NCBI RefSeq assembly: GCF_000143415.4
Contig: NW_003314345.1
Coordinates: forward strand, 80,574-144,573
Reading direction: 5' to 3'
Length of the DNA: 64,000 bases
From: Selaginella moellendorffii
Lineage: Eukaryota > Plantae > Lycopodiophyta
In this document: positions 48,437 through 59,936 of the stretch, in pieces
Position numbering within the stretch: position 1 is the first letter of the stretch
How the letters are laid out: every line of letters begins with the position of its first letter
Position numbers and translations under genes: made by a program
The notes under the pieces: generated by a model
Database searches by the model: none
Seen by the model: the letters and a program-made list of their open reading frames with translations, nothing else
What the model was told of the DNA's origin: nothing

Positions 48437-49330
48437 TCAAGCCTTGAACTCAACAAACTGAGTTTGGCGCCCGCTTCTTTGAATGTTTTCTGGATAGGCA
48501 GAATTTTCTTGGAATCCAGGTCCATATAGAGGCATTCCCGGCATGGGCGGAATGATGGTTGCCGCAGCCAAGTGGTCAGCCGAGTACAGGTCCTGGTTGA
48601 GTGGTATAAACGGCCTCTGTTCCTCGATATGGTGGTGGTGATCCCGATATCGGGGCAGACAAGACGACAACCTGTATTGTTGCCGTGTAGACTCTTCGTG
48701 AGGTCTCCTCGCATATTGATGTTCCACTGGATTTCCCGCATATGCTCTGTGTGCTGAAGTTAGAGGTTGCTGGTGAGGACCCGGATGTCTTCCATCACGA
48801 TAAGCCACACGTGGTGAGGATCCAATCTGGTAAGTCGCTGCTGCATGTCCACTTATACCACCACCATCCACACGAGAGGAGCTCCTTTGATATATATGAG
48901 CCGGATCATAATCCTCAGGAAGCTGAAGATGATGCTGCTGAATGTACTCATGTGTCGGATATGTGGCTCCATCGTCTGGAATCTGGTGGCGATGGTGCTG
49001 AGGGAATTGGTCACCACCGGTTCTGTACACGGGCTCCTTGTGGTACACCATCGGTTGTGCAGAAGGCTGTTGATGTGATAAAATATGAAAACTACCGTCC
49101 GAAATTGCATATTCTTGTCTTCTGCACTCCTGGCTAGCGTCCAGTGGGTGCTGACGTACTGGTAGAGCATGCTCCTGTAACACGAATCTCGGTTGGGGCT
49201 CGTGAGTTAACAAATCCTGAGGACCATCATCGTGTTGATCCTGCAGTCTTGACAATTTCCCATGTGAGCCAACTCGTGGAATCTTGCTTTCAGCACCATA
49301 TCCTCGGACCATTCTGTCGAGGTCATGACT
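48437..49330 (-). CDS. Hypothetical His/Gln/Pro/Tyr-rich low-complexity protein; start uncertain
   Basis: 349-codon open frame with biased composition; no recognised domain. Confidence 0.4.
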   Translation of the reverse strand, partial: SHDLDRMVRGYGAESKIPRVGSHGKLSRLQDQHDDGPQDLLTHEPQPRFVLQEHALPVRQHPLDASQECRRQEYAISDGSFHILSHQQPSAQPMVYHKEPVYRTGGDQFPQHHRHQIPDDGATYPTHEYIQQHHLQLPEDYDPAHIYQRSSSRVDGGGISGHAAATYQIGSSPRVAYRDGRHPGPHQQPLTSAHRAYAGNPVEHQYARRPHEESTRQQYRLSSCLPRYRDHHHHIEEQRPFIPLNQDLYSADHLAAATIIPPMPGMPLYGPGFQENSAYPENIQRSGRQTQFVEFKA

Positions 49331-49779
49331 TGGGGGGTAAGACTTCAGGTCGTAGATTCCCGTAGTAGTGATCCAGATCAGAGTAACTGCTAAAGTCTTG
49401 ATCAGCTGGTATCTCCCATTACCAACAAGTGACCAGTACCATTTGAAAATTTTTCTCATCTTAACTAATTGTAGTTTTTGTGGCAAACAAGTAAATAAAC
49501 ACAGTTAAATATTTTCTAGGGTTCTGAGACGAAGAGAAGAAAATGAGGTGTAAGAAATTATTTCACATTAGTACAGGGTAACTTCAATTTTATTTCTGAT
49601 TACAGTCTTCAACTTTGATGTTGTAATTCAAGAATGGAAGGCAGCTATAAATATTTACAGTAGGTGATGTTTATGAACTTCCTTGGATTTGGTAACTTAA
49701 TTCTTGACAAAAGGATCAAGTTGGTGATCCATTTTGTTTTTATGGTACAAAAAAAAAGTTAGACACTGAAGTGACGCCT

Positions 49780-50215
49780 AGGAAACACCATCGCTACGGC
49801 ATTTTACCTCACCGCGTAAGACAAACGTTCTCCTCGTCAGTCACTGTCGTTCTTGGCAAACTCCTCTTGCACCCACAAGAGCCTTCGGAACTCCACCTCC
49901 AGCGTCGGCAGGGTCTCCTCTGAAGTGCAAGTCCTGTGAATGATCGAGACCTGGCACACGTCCCATAGCTCGATGATCTGCATTCGTTGCTTCTTAAACT
50001 GTAGAGGGAGAATGCAAGGAGTCATCTCTCCATACCGCCAGTGTTGTTGGATTCCAGCTCCAGCACCTACAATCCACAGTCAGATATCGCATTTCCAAAA
50101 GTTTCATAGTTACCTGGCAGACGAAATGCCGCCTTTGATATTGAGCTTGTCTACCCGCTCTTTGAGCTCGGTGACATACGCCCGAATGCTCTTGATGTTG
50201 TCCGCGACAGAAGTC
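49780..50215 (-). pseudogene. Partial decayed duplicate of the kinesin C-terminal exons and introns (~53950-54440)
   Basis: [20 protein letters not shown] and [17 protein letters not shown] are shared, as are the introns. Confidence 0.9.
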
Positions 50216-52104
50216 TTTCTGCATCTTTGGTCCAGAGTTGCTGTCCTCCTCGACTTAATATCATGCAAAACGTGATGAATCGAGAAAGAATATTTTCGTA
50301 TTTCATATTGTCGTACTTTGGGACCGCGTAGGCTACAGGGTGTTGCCACGGTCCTCAGCCACTTACTTTCTTTGTTGAGGTGCTAGCCGCCGATTCCAGC
50401 GGCTGGCGGGAAATTTTTGTGTGCCTGGAGAAGCGTTCTGCTCGACTCAATGCAATGCTTCTTAAAGCTTGATCGCGGCTAGAGAAGTCCTCCAGCAGCG
50501 TTCCCCCAGTGAGCGGAAGGAGAGGATGAGCGCTCCATAGTCGGCCGGGCGTTGAGGACATAGGCGATTGGACAAAGGAGATATTTGACACCATCTTCAG
50601 CGAGCTTGCAACTTGCCTGTGATGGGAGCTGAAGAAGCACGAAACCTTGGGCAGCGCTAGGAATCGAGTGATCGCAGGAAACACTGGAGCCGATTTGTGA
50701 AGGACACACCAGAATATTCTGTTCAGCCAGTTGCATTTATTGCATTCAAGAAGAGCAAGAAGCATTTCAAATACTTTCGCAATCTATGGCAGTCATGTTT
50801 GTTTTGTTCATGACCATGGTCGCAGCAGCAGCGCTATGGAAATTTTGTGTATCCGCAAGAGAGAAGAGAGGGCACGATTTCTAGTGTCGCTCCACCCCAG
50901 CTCCACCCGGTGAAAGATGCACACAGGTACTTGTACTACTCGGTGGAATTCCCCTTCCGCTGGCAAAAGGTGCTCGAATTTGGCACCATCCGCACGCTCC
51001 CTGGGATCACAAATCTGCTCTTCAGGACAAGAGGTCCCCAGAAGCGCGCTGCCACTGAGACCAACATTCTGGTGAGCGATCCACCACCACGTCGACCGCG
51101 ATCGCGGCTCGTACGCGGTGAGGAGATTGAATGGAATCCACAACAAATTCCAGATCCCAAACGACCAATTCGCCTACGTCCTCTGCCTCAACGTGATCAC
51201 GTGATTTCCCCGAGAGGTTTGGATTCCGCAAGTGGACTGACAACGAGAAGGAGGCCGACAAGAGCACGCCGCGATGGCGATAGCCGCAGCAGCATCAGAA
51301 ATCTAGCCCCCGAGAGCGCGATCGCCATTGGAATCACCGAACGGCACCGAACGGAGCTGTCCGACCGTTCGGCCGACCGTTCGGCCGACCGCGTTCGGCG
51401 GCGGTCGGGATCCCGCCGAACGCGGTCGGGACCAACATTGCCGGAGCATCGTCCAGGATCTCAAGCATCTGGTGCTGGACGCTTTTCCTCGCCAATTGCA
51501 GCCGCTGGTGGAAACTGGGGATCTGCGCGCTCATCGATCCCACAATCAGGAGCGCTGTTGGATTGGAAAGCCCCCCCGTGATCGTGAACTTGGAGTGGGT
51601 GCGTTCATGCTGCTGGCCGGGAGCTGTGTCCGCAAGCTGGCGGAGCTGGGACACTGAAATCAGGCAAGCTTGGACGGTCCTTCCCGGCAAATGCACGCAT
51701 AGAAATCGTAAGTTCAAATCTCGGTAGGACCTTTCTCATTCAGTAATTCTTTGGTTTAGTGTTTTTGTTTCTGGTCACAAATGCTTGACCACTTAAAAAA
51801 AGTCTTGATGTCAACGTCAACATCTTGAGGTCAGTCAATGCCGTATACTTCAAGCCTACTTCTCTATTGTTGCTCTGGCGTTATGTTGGTTTCTTTTGAC
51901 GATGCTTGACCACCACTGATGAACACAATGTGACCACTCGTGAAAATAAAAAACGTGTTGTAACATTGAAAGTTCTTCAGCTTTAGATAGTGACAGGTGA
52001 TGCTCCACAAGCAACTTGAAAAGCATTCGTCTACACACATTTAATATCTGTAGAAGGGTGCTCTAGAATCTTTGAGCTACTTGGGGCCGGACCATAGCTG
52101 AACG

Positions 52105-53433
52105 ATGATCTTCTTGCTAATCTTGCTGCAGCTGCTACAACCAGCATATTGTCTCTTGGATGGTGATAACCAGGCTCTTCTCGACTTCAAGCAAGCCTTG
52201 AACAACTCAAGTGTCTTGCGTGACTGGAACGCGAGCATTAACATGTGTAGTTGGCCAGGTATCGTTTGTAATTCAGCTCACACACACGTTGCTTCCATCC
52301 AGCTTGCTGCCATGAACTTGGAAGGAATCCTGTGCTCAGCTGTTGGGCGTCTGCATCAACTTGAAAGCCTCAATTTATCAACCAACTGCTTGGTGGGAAA
52401 GATTCCAGACGAGTTGGCAAATTGTTCCCAGCTGGAGCTATTGGATCTGCAAGGAAATTCTTTCCAAGGCAGAATTCCAGCCTCTCTAGGACGCTTTGAA
52501 GTTCGGCGAGGACTGAACTTCAACATTGGAAGAAACTCATTGCAATTAAATCCCAACATAGATGCGGTTAGAAAGGTTTTAAGTTTACAACTCCTCGACT
52601 TGAGCAGGAGTGATCTGCATGGAAACATTTCAACGTACGTTTGAAACTGGACCAATTTGATCTTCCTGTCACTAGCCAAAAACAAGTTAGGAGGCGAGAT
52701 ACCAGGCTGCTTTATAGATCAACTTAAAAGTCTTCGTGTTCTTGATCTATCCAACAACGGGCTGAGTGGGAAACTCCCTAGCAGACTAGACCAGCTCACT
52801 GGCTTTATGACAGCTGTATCTTCAGATGCAGGGAAAATTCCGATCAAGTTTGAGCTGGAAAGAAGTGGAGCATCACAAGATTTCAGCTTCCTCAGCCTGG
52901 CGGGAAACTTGTTACAAGGAGAGATCCCACAACAACTGGGAAATTTAACAGGCCTTAAGTACTTAAATCTCTCAAGGAACAGATTTGATGGGGAAATCCC
53001 TGTACGGATTGTCAAGCTTGATGCCCTGCAATCCTTGGACCTCTCAGAAAACAACTTCACGGGAGAACTGCCATGGAACTTGGGTACTCTATCACTTGGA
53101 ATTTTGGATGTTTCTTACAACAACCTTAGTGGACTGATTCCTGGCAACTTAAACACCAGATTTCCAGATGCGTTTCCACGGGTGGATTTTCTACAGTGGT
53201 GCTGGCAGTGGGTTTTGTGCAGGACTTTCGTTGGTGCTTTTGACAAATTGCTGGGAGAGAATCAACCGAAGGGTGGCGAAAGTAGACTGGCTACAGATTG
53301 TTGCTCAGAACATAATGATTTTAATTTAATTTGGCAATTAGGGTATATTAGGCGTATAGAGGAGCCAGGCAAGGTTGGAAGCCCAAGGATTACTCCCTTG
53401 CAAACAATGTTATCAAAGCCCGTCTATAGGTGA
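52105..53433 (+). pseudogene. LRR receptor-like protein with an in-frame stop (52642-52644) and an aberrant C-terminus
   Basis: Signal peptide, LRRNT (ALLDFK..W..MCSWPGIVC) and LxxLDLSxNxLxG repeats. Both ORFs are in the same frame. Confidence 0.85.
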
Positions 53434-53589
53434 GTGATAGGTGTTCACTCATAGCTGACGCTTCGGTTCATATGCTTGCCTTGTCAACCAAGCATTATAT
53501 GGAGACATTTTTATATGTGAACTTATTGCAGTAAGTCTTACATACAATAGGCTAGAATCCTCCTCTATCTATACAAAAATCTTCTTTCC

Positions 53590-56500
53590 TCACAAGTTTA
53601 GCATTGTGGAGATCGAATTCCAGCCGAAGTGGAACGGCTTTTGGCTGGAGGGCGGAGCGAAGTTCAGGGCAAACATCTCCTTGGAGGCGCTGCCTGGCTC
53701 CCAAAATCCCACGATCATGGCCACCACCTCGGCGCTGTCCTGGATGTGCTGCATGTCGCGAGCATCCGTCCATAACTTCTCGATCAGCTGGAGCTTGCGC
53801 TGCTTGGACTCGAGGGGTATCTCCCATTTCACCAGCAGCTCGTCCTTCATCTCGGGTGGCATCCGCCGCATCCGCTTCGCGAGCATCTCTCGTTCTCGTC
53901 GCAACGCCTTGACACTGCAAAGACAAAATGGAAACAAAAGTGAGCCCTTGGAAACACCATCGCTAAAGCTTGTCTACCTCGCAGCGTAGGACGAAATGTT
54001 GTCCTCGTCAGTCACACCCGGCCCCTGATTCTGGTCGTTCTTGGCAAACTGCTCTTGCAGCCACAGGAGCCTCCGGAACTCCACCTCCATGTACATGGCG
54101 TCGGCAGGGTCTCCTCTGAAGAGCAAGTAGAACTGTGTCCTGTGAATGATCGAGACCTGGCACACGTCCCATAGCTCGATGATCTGCATTCGTTGCTTCT
54201 CGAACTGTAGCCTCCATCCCGAGGGAGAATGCAAGGAAGGAGTCATCTCTCCATACTCGTTCTCTCCGCCAGTGTTGTTGGATTCCAGCTCCAGTACCTA
54301 CAAGCCAGAGTCACATATATTGCATTTCCAAAAGTTTGCTAGTTACCTGGCAGACGAGAAGCTGCTTTTGATATTGTAGCTTGGCCACCCGCTCTTTGAG
54401 CTCGGTGACATACGCCCGGATGCTCTTGATGTTGTCCTCGGCAGCAGTTTTAAACATGTTCTGCATCTTCCGGATGTCCACAGAGTTGCTTCTCCGGTGT
54501 CCTCCGGATGGTGGCGTGTTCTCTGAGGAGCGAGGAGGATTGTTCTCGTTGTTCTCTTGGAGAGCGCTCCTGGTTGTCTTGGGTGAGCACGGTGGACTGT
54601 TGGCAAAAAGCTGTCTGCTACTGCTGGTGGTGCTGCCCATAGTGGAAGGTAGCAGCTTCCTTCTCCGGGTTGGAGTCTTTAGCTTTGGCGACGAAACATC
54701 GGTGCTGACAGAGGTTTGAACCTCGATCTCGTTCTCGTCCTTCCGGTGTTGTACGTGCAGGTTCTTGATCTCTTCTTGGAGCTTCGTGATCGTTTGTACC
54801 GCATCCTGGTTCATATCTACCTGAGCCAGACGCAGGCATTCGACTTCCTTCTGCAGGGCCTCCAGCGCTCTACTTGCGTCCTCTCCAAGCTCGTCTTGTA
54901 GCTTTTCTAGCTTTCGAATTTCTTGTATAAGCATGAAAGGAGCCTTCGAGGGGCAGCCTAGCTCATCCACCAGCAACTGCTTTTTGGTCGGAGTGCATAA
55001 CTCCTAAAGCGAAAACGCTCATGTGAGATACTGACTAAGTCAGAAAACACTCTATTATCGTACCTTTGGATCTCTCTGCTCGTCTCCCATCTTTGCAAGA
55101 ACTTCATTGAGCTGTGTCTTGGCAGCATCCCTTTGACGAATGAGCTCCTTCATTTCGGATTCCATCTGCAGGACGATGTTAGATGGGAAATTGCAACGAC
55201 GAAGGACAGATTGCCAACCTTTTGAATTTGCTGCTCCTTCTGATGTAGCAAAGCGTCGGAAGACAATGCAGCCTCTGGAATTCGCAGCTCAGCTTCAAGC
55301 CTTGCAACTTCTTTCTGCAGCTGTTTTACAAGGTCCTTGTCCGAAACAACCTGAAACAAAATAATTACTCGTGAATCAAATCATTATACAGACTAGGATG
55401 ACTTACCAGATTCACATGAGCATTATTTGTAACTTCCTTCGCGCGCGTGGCGAATGCAAGCGTGTTACGCGACTGTTCAACATGGGCCCGCGCGGGACTC
55501 ATCGTGCATATGATCGCTGTGCGAGCATTTCCGCCGAGAGATAATTGGAGAATCCTGGTCAGCTTCGAATCCCGATAAGGAATATGACCACTTTTAGTTC
55601 GATTGCTCCCACTGCAAAAGATAATTATGAGCGAAAACCGTCGAGCGGCCAAAGTACCTGAGTTTCCGAATGACTGTACTTAAAGTGAGCAAGCTACGAT
55701 TGATATGGCATCCTTCCTTCAACCGAGTTCCGTCCGAGAGTGTTTGAGACGCACGTTCACTACCTGCGAGATCTACAAAATTCTGTCCGCATAAAAGTCA
55801 ATCAGTAAATGACGAAGCAATCAGTACAAAATGTTACCAGCGTTGCAACCATGCTATTGACAGTTCCATTTCCGTTTCCATTTTCGCGAGGAATACTTTC
55901 CACAGTCTGTTAAAACTCAACCTTAATCCTGAGAATTTAGATTTGAAGGTTCGCGTACCAGCCTTATAATCTGATGGGATCTCGAGCTGGCATCGTTGAG
56001 CATCGTCTCCCCAACTTGTCTTTGAGCTAACGGCATTCTTCATTAGAAAAAAGTACTATGGCAAAAAGAGCAAAAGAACAAACCTTCACAAATAGACAGG
56101 ACCTGCCGTAAATGCTTGCAGTCACGAACAATTGTGTCTGTAAGTTTCTCGACGATGGTTCCCCGCTGCAAGGGAAAAGCAATGTAAGCTGTAGCGTTCA
56201 AACCTTCTGTACCTCAGGATCGTCTAGAAGTCGCAACGCTCCAGTATCTGGGTTAAGAAGATCACGAACAACCTCGTTGTAGATCTCCAGCCCGGCTATC
56301 TTAAGAATGTACTCTCTTTGATGGTTCTGTAAAGCCACTGTGATTCAAAAACTCGATGTGCCTGACCAGCAAACCTTTTCTATAGCGTCGTAAATGTCGA
56401 CTATAGCATTCTCAATCACACCCCTCATCGTAAACGTTTTTCCACTACTGGTTTGTCCATAAGCAAAGATGGTCGCTGGGAAGGAGAAAAAAAACCAACC

Positions 56501-56961
56501 ATGACTTAAAGAATTCCAACAATGGAGGCTTCCAACACTCACAATTTATCCCGCTTAGAGCAGAGAGCGCTACATCCTTGGCCCCTTCTTCGTACACAAC
56601 TTTCGTGGAGGATTCGGGCCCAAAAACGCGATCTGCAAGAAAACACGGATGCCAATCTTGAGAGATGCGGGAGATTCGCTCACTTACCAAAAGAGTAGCG
56701 CGCAGGATAAGGAGATCGATCCGGCTGCTGCTTATAAGACACAGTATGATCATCTGGACACTCCCAATCTGCGGTGTCCCGCTGAGCGATTTCCCGAGAA
56801 CTCATCGGCCTCACCCTGACTGTGACAAAAATCTTCTCCTCCTTGGATCTACATTTCCCCGGAGTGGAGAGAATTCCTATTCCTCCTGCCTTTTCGCCAC
56901 TCCGTGGAGTCAGCGCATTCTTCTCTCCCATAGCTACCATTGCCGCAGCGAGAGCCGCCAT
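53590..56961 (-). CDS. NACK1: Kinesin-7, NACK1/HINKEL-like (motor domain plus DUF3490), multi-exon
   Basis: [72 protein letters not shown]. Confidence 0.93.
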
Positions 56962-57146
56962 AGCCGCGCTCGCTCGCTCGCTCTCTAGGGTAAAAAATTC
57001 CGAATGTTTGCCCAACGGCTACATTGGCGAACAAAGGACCCAGGTTCGATTCCTCTCCCCATCTGGCATTTTCCAACCCGCCAAAAACCATTGCTCTTGC
57101 CGGTGGTATATTTTAGGGCTCTTACGATCCATTCGCTCGCCAGAGG

Positions 57147-58486
57147 ATGGGATTCATGGCGCAGATCGTGGCGCTGCTGCTGCTGATCGATGCCGCAGTG
57201 GCAGCAGCACGGCTGTTGCAGTTTAATTCTCACGGCGCCTTCAAGATCTTGCAGGTAGAGGTAGATTCTTGTGGAACCGAGGCGATCGAAAAAGTTTCCA
57301 GGTTGCTGACATGCATTTCGCGAATGGAGCAACGACCAAATGCTTGGATGTTCTCCCGGAGCAGTACGCAGGGTGCTCGGATCTCAACACGACGAGCTTC
57401 GTCAAGAGGATGATCGACGCGGAGAAGCCAGATCTCATCGTCTTTACAGGTATTCCCTCTCGATTTCCTTTTGTATGAGATCGCCATGGAATGCTTCTTT
57501 CTTGTCTCGTACAACAGGTGACAACATATACGCATCTGACTGCTCCGATCCGGCCGAGTCTCTCGACGCCGCGTTTGCGCCAGCCGTCGAGGCAAAACTT
57601 CCCTGGGCAGCTGTTCTAGGCAACCATGATCAAGAATCGTCTCTCAAGCGCTCCGGAGTCATGGATCACATCGTCCAGATGAACTACACGCTCGCACAGG
57701 TGAATCCTGCCGGGGTCGCCACCATTGACGGATTTGGGAACTACAATCTCGAAGTTCTCGCTCCTGGCCAAGACTCGGAACAGGAGAGCCTTCTCAACTT
57801 GTATTTCGTGGACAGTGGAGACTATTCCACTGATCCAAGCATTCCAGGCTATGGTTGGGTCATGCCCAGTCAGCAAGCGTGGCTGAGAAACCTCTCGTCG
57901 TCTCTCCAGGTCTGCGAACTTGCTGTCAGCACTTGAGACTCTTACTAATACTTCTTTCGTCTTTCTCCTTTCGCAGGGGAGTGCCAACCAAAGCCGTCCA
58001 GCGCTAGTGTTCTTTCACATTCCTCTCCCAGAAGTGAACAACTTCACGTCCTCTCAGATCGTGGGAGTGAAGCAGGAGATGGTGGCGTCGCCAACGTTCA
58101 ACTCTGGTTTCTTCCAGACGCTTGTGGAGATGGGAGACGTGAAAGCAGCTTTCACTGGTCACGACCACGTCAATGACTTTTGCGGCGAGCTGCAACACAT
58201 ACAACTCTGCTACGGCGGCGGCTTTGGCTACCACGCTTATGGCAAAGCGGGATGGTCTCGGAGGGCCAGAGTGATCGAGGCTTCGCTGAGCGATGGCGGA
58301 GGAGGAGTGGAAAAGATTATGACTTGGAAACGTTTAGACGACGAGATGCTGAGCACCACCGACAAACAAGAACTGTGGCGACGAAGGTACGAAGATCATA
58401 CGATTCTCGTCGAGAGTATAGCTACAGAAGGTGTTGAATTTCCCAGATACGATCCTTCGTTCTCGAGCTCGAATCAAGTCTGGTGA
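57147..58486 (+). CDS. PAP29/Dcr2-like metallophosphoesterase (purple acid phosphatase family), multi-exon
   Basis: FKILQ/VADMH, VFTGDNI, LGNHD, FFHIPLPE, GHDHVNDFCG. Confidence 0.93.
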
Positions 58487-58709
58487 CCGTACGTGCGGAA
58501 AATAAAATAGCTTGGAGCTATTCCGAAGTTGCGACGTGTCGAGAGGGAGGTATGTGGCACCACTGTGCCAAGCCACGCGAGGCAGCTGGACCTCGCCTTA
58601 CAAAAGCCACTTCTCGGAGGTTTGCGTTCCAATTGCATTTGGTTGTTGATCGATAAATCTCATTCGACTTCTCAGTTGTTTTGATCGATTGCTAGAGAGA
58701 TAGATAGCG

Positions 58710-59227
58710 ATGTCGCAGCTGGTTGGCAAGGCGAAGAACTTCGTAGCGGACAAAGTGGCTCATATGGAGAAGCCCGAGGCAGATCTCACTTGGGTGTCGG
58801 TGAAGGACGTGAGCCGATCCTCGGTTGTGCTGGAGAGCGATGTCATCATCACCAATCCTTACGACCACGATCTTCCAGTCTGCGAGATCTCCTACGCCTT
58901 GTTCAGCAACAACAGGTAAACTTCGCTCTCTCTCTTTTGTGTTTCTGTAAGATCGATCTTATGGCTTTGTCTTCGATCCACAGGGAGATTGTCAGCGGCA
59001 AAATCCCCGACCCCGGATCCGTCAAGGCCAATGACAAGACCGCGATGAAGATCCCGGCTAAAGTTCCATACAATGTGCTCTTCACCATCGTCAAGGACGT
59101 GGGAACCGACTGGGACCTCGACTATGAGATGAGAGTGGGATTGACCGTCGACATTCCCATCCTCGGCAACTTCACAATACCACTCTCCAAGAAGGGATCC
59201 TTCAAGCTCCCCCTCCTCCCCTTCTAA
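58710..59227 (+). CDS. LEA14/LEA_2 desiccation-related protein (intron ~58916-58983)
   Basis: KAKNFVADKVAHMEKPEA, NPYDHDLPVCEISY, SGKIPDPGS, DWDLDY, GNFTIPLS. Confidence 0.93.
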
Positions 59228-59350
59228 GCTCTCGGCTCTCTAGCTGGAATATTCAAGGATAAAAGGCTCTTTAGGATAAAACTTAATCAAGGCTATTTCT
59301 ATATGACATTACCGTGTGGAAGGGCATCTCCGTTGTCTCTTGTGTTCTCC

Positions 59351-59848
59351 ATGGATCTTGGGCGATGCCTCGCGTTTGCGATCTTCTTCTCGAGTTTGGC
59401 GGCTGCGCGATTGATTCCAGAGAAAGAAGCAGTGCGCAGTGATCCTCCCACGGCATACGAGGAGCTGGAATCGTTTGGATTCCCCCCAGGATTGCTGCCA
59501 CACACTGTAGTGAACTACACTCTCAATTCCAATGGCCGATTCAGCCTGGCGCTCAACAGGACGTGCTCGGCGATGCTCCAGGGCACCTATCTCGTCACCT
59601 ACAACTCCCAGATCTCCGGGACCGTGAGCCCACGCTACATCAAATCGCTGCGCGGGGTGAGCGTCCGCGCCTTCTTCATCGACTGGAGCATCTCGGGCAT
59701 CCGCGTGAACCACCAAGATCTTGTTTTCGAGGTGGGTTTCGCCAGCGCCAAGTTCCCCATCTCCAATTTCGATGAGGCGCCGGAATGCGAGAAAGAATCG
59801 ATCGAAGTTCCGCCATCGTCGTCGTCCTCCTCGCGAGCCAGCGCTTAG
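59351..59848 (+). CDS. DUF538 family protein
   Basis: Signal peptide, TAYEELESFGFPPGLLP, LRGVSVRAFF, FEVGFASAKFP. Confidence 0.9.
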   Translation: MDLGRCLAFAIFFSSLAAARLIPEKEAVRSDPPTAYEELESFGFPPGLLPHTVVNYTLNSNGRFSLALNRTCSAMLQGTYLVTYNSQISGTVSPRYIKSLRGVSVRAFFIDWSISGIRVNHQDLVFEVGFASAKFPISNFDEAPECEKESIEVPPSSSSSSRASA

Positions 59849-59936
59849 AAAGATTTGCCCTAATTTCTTCGTTCGTCCCAGGGTTCGAATCCCTGCCCTG
59901 TCACAGATATAAGATCAAAGCATTTTTCTAGGGTTT

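Noticed and set aside
50350-51720. Several GC-rich ORFs with a short CCGACCGTTCGG repeat
   Set aside because: No recognisable domain or consistent frame; cannot support a gene call.
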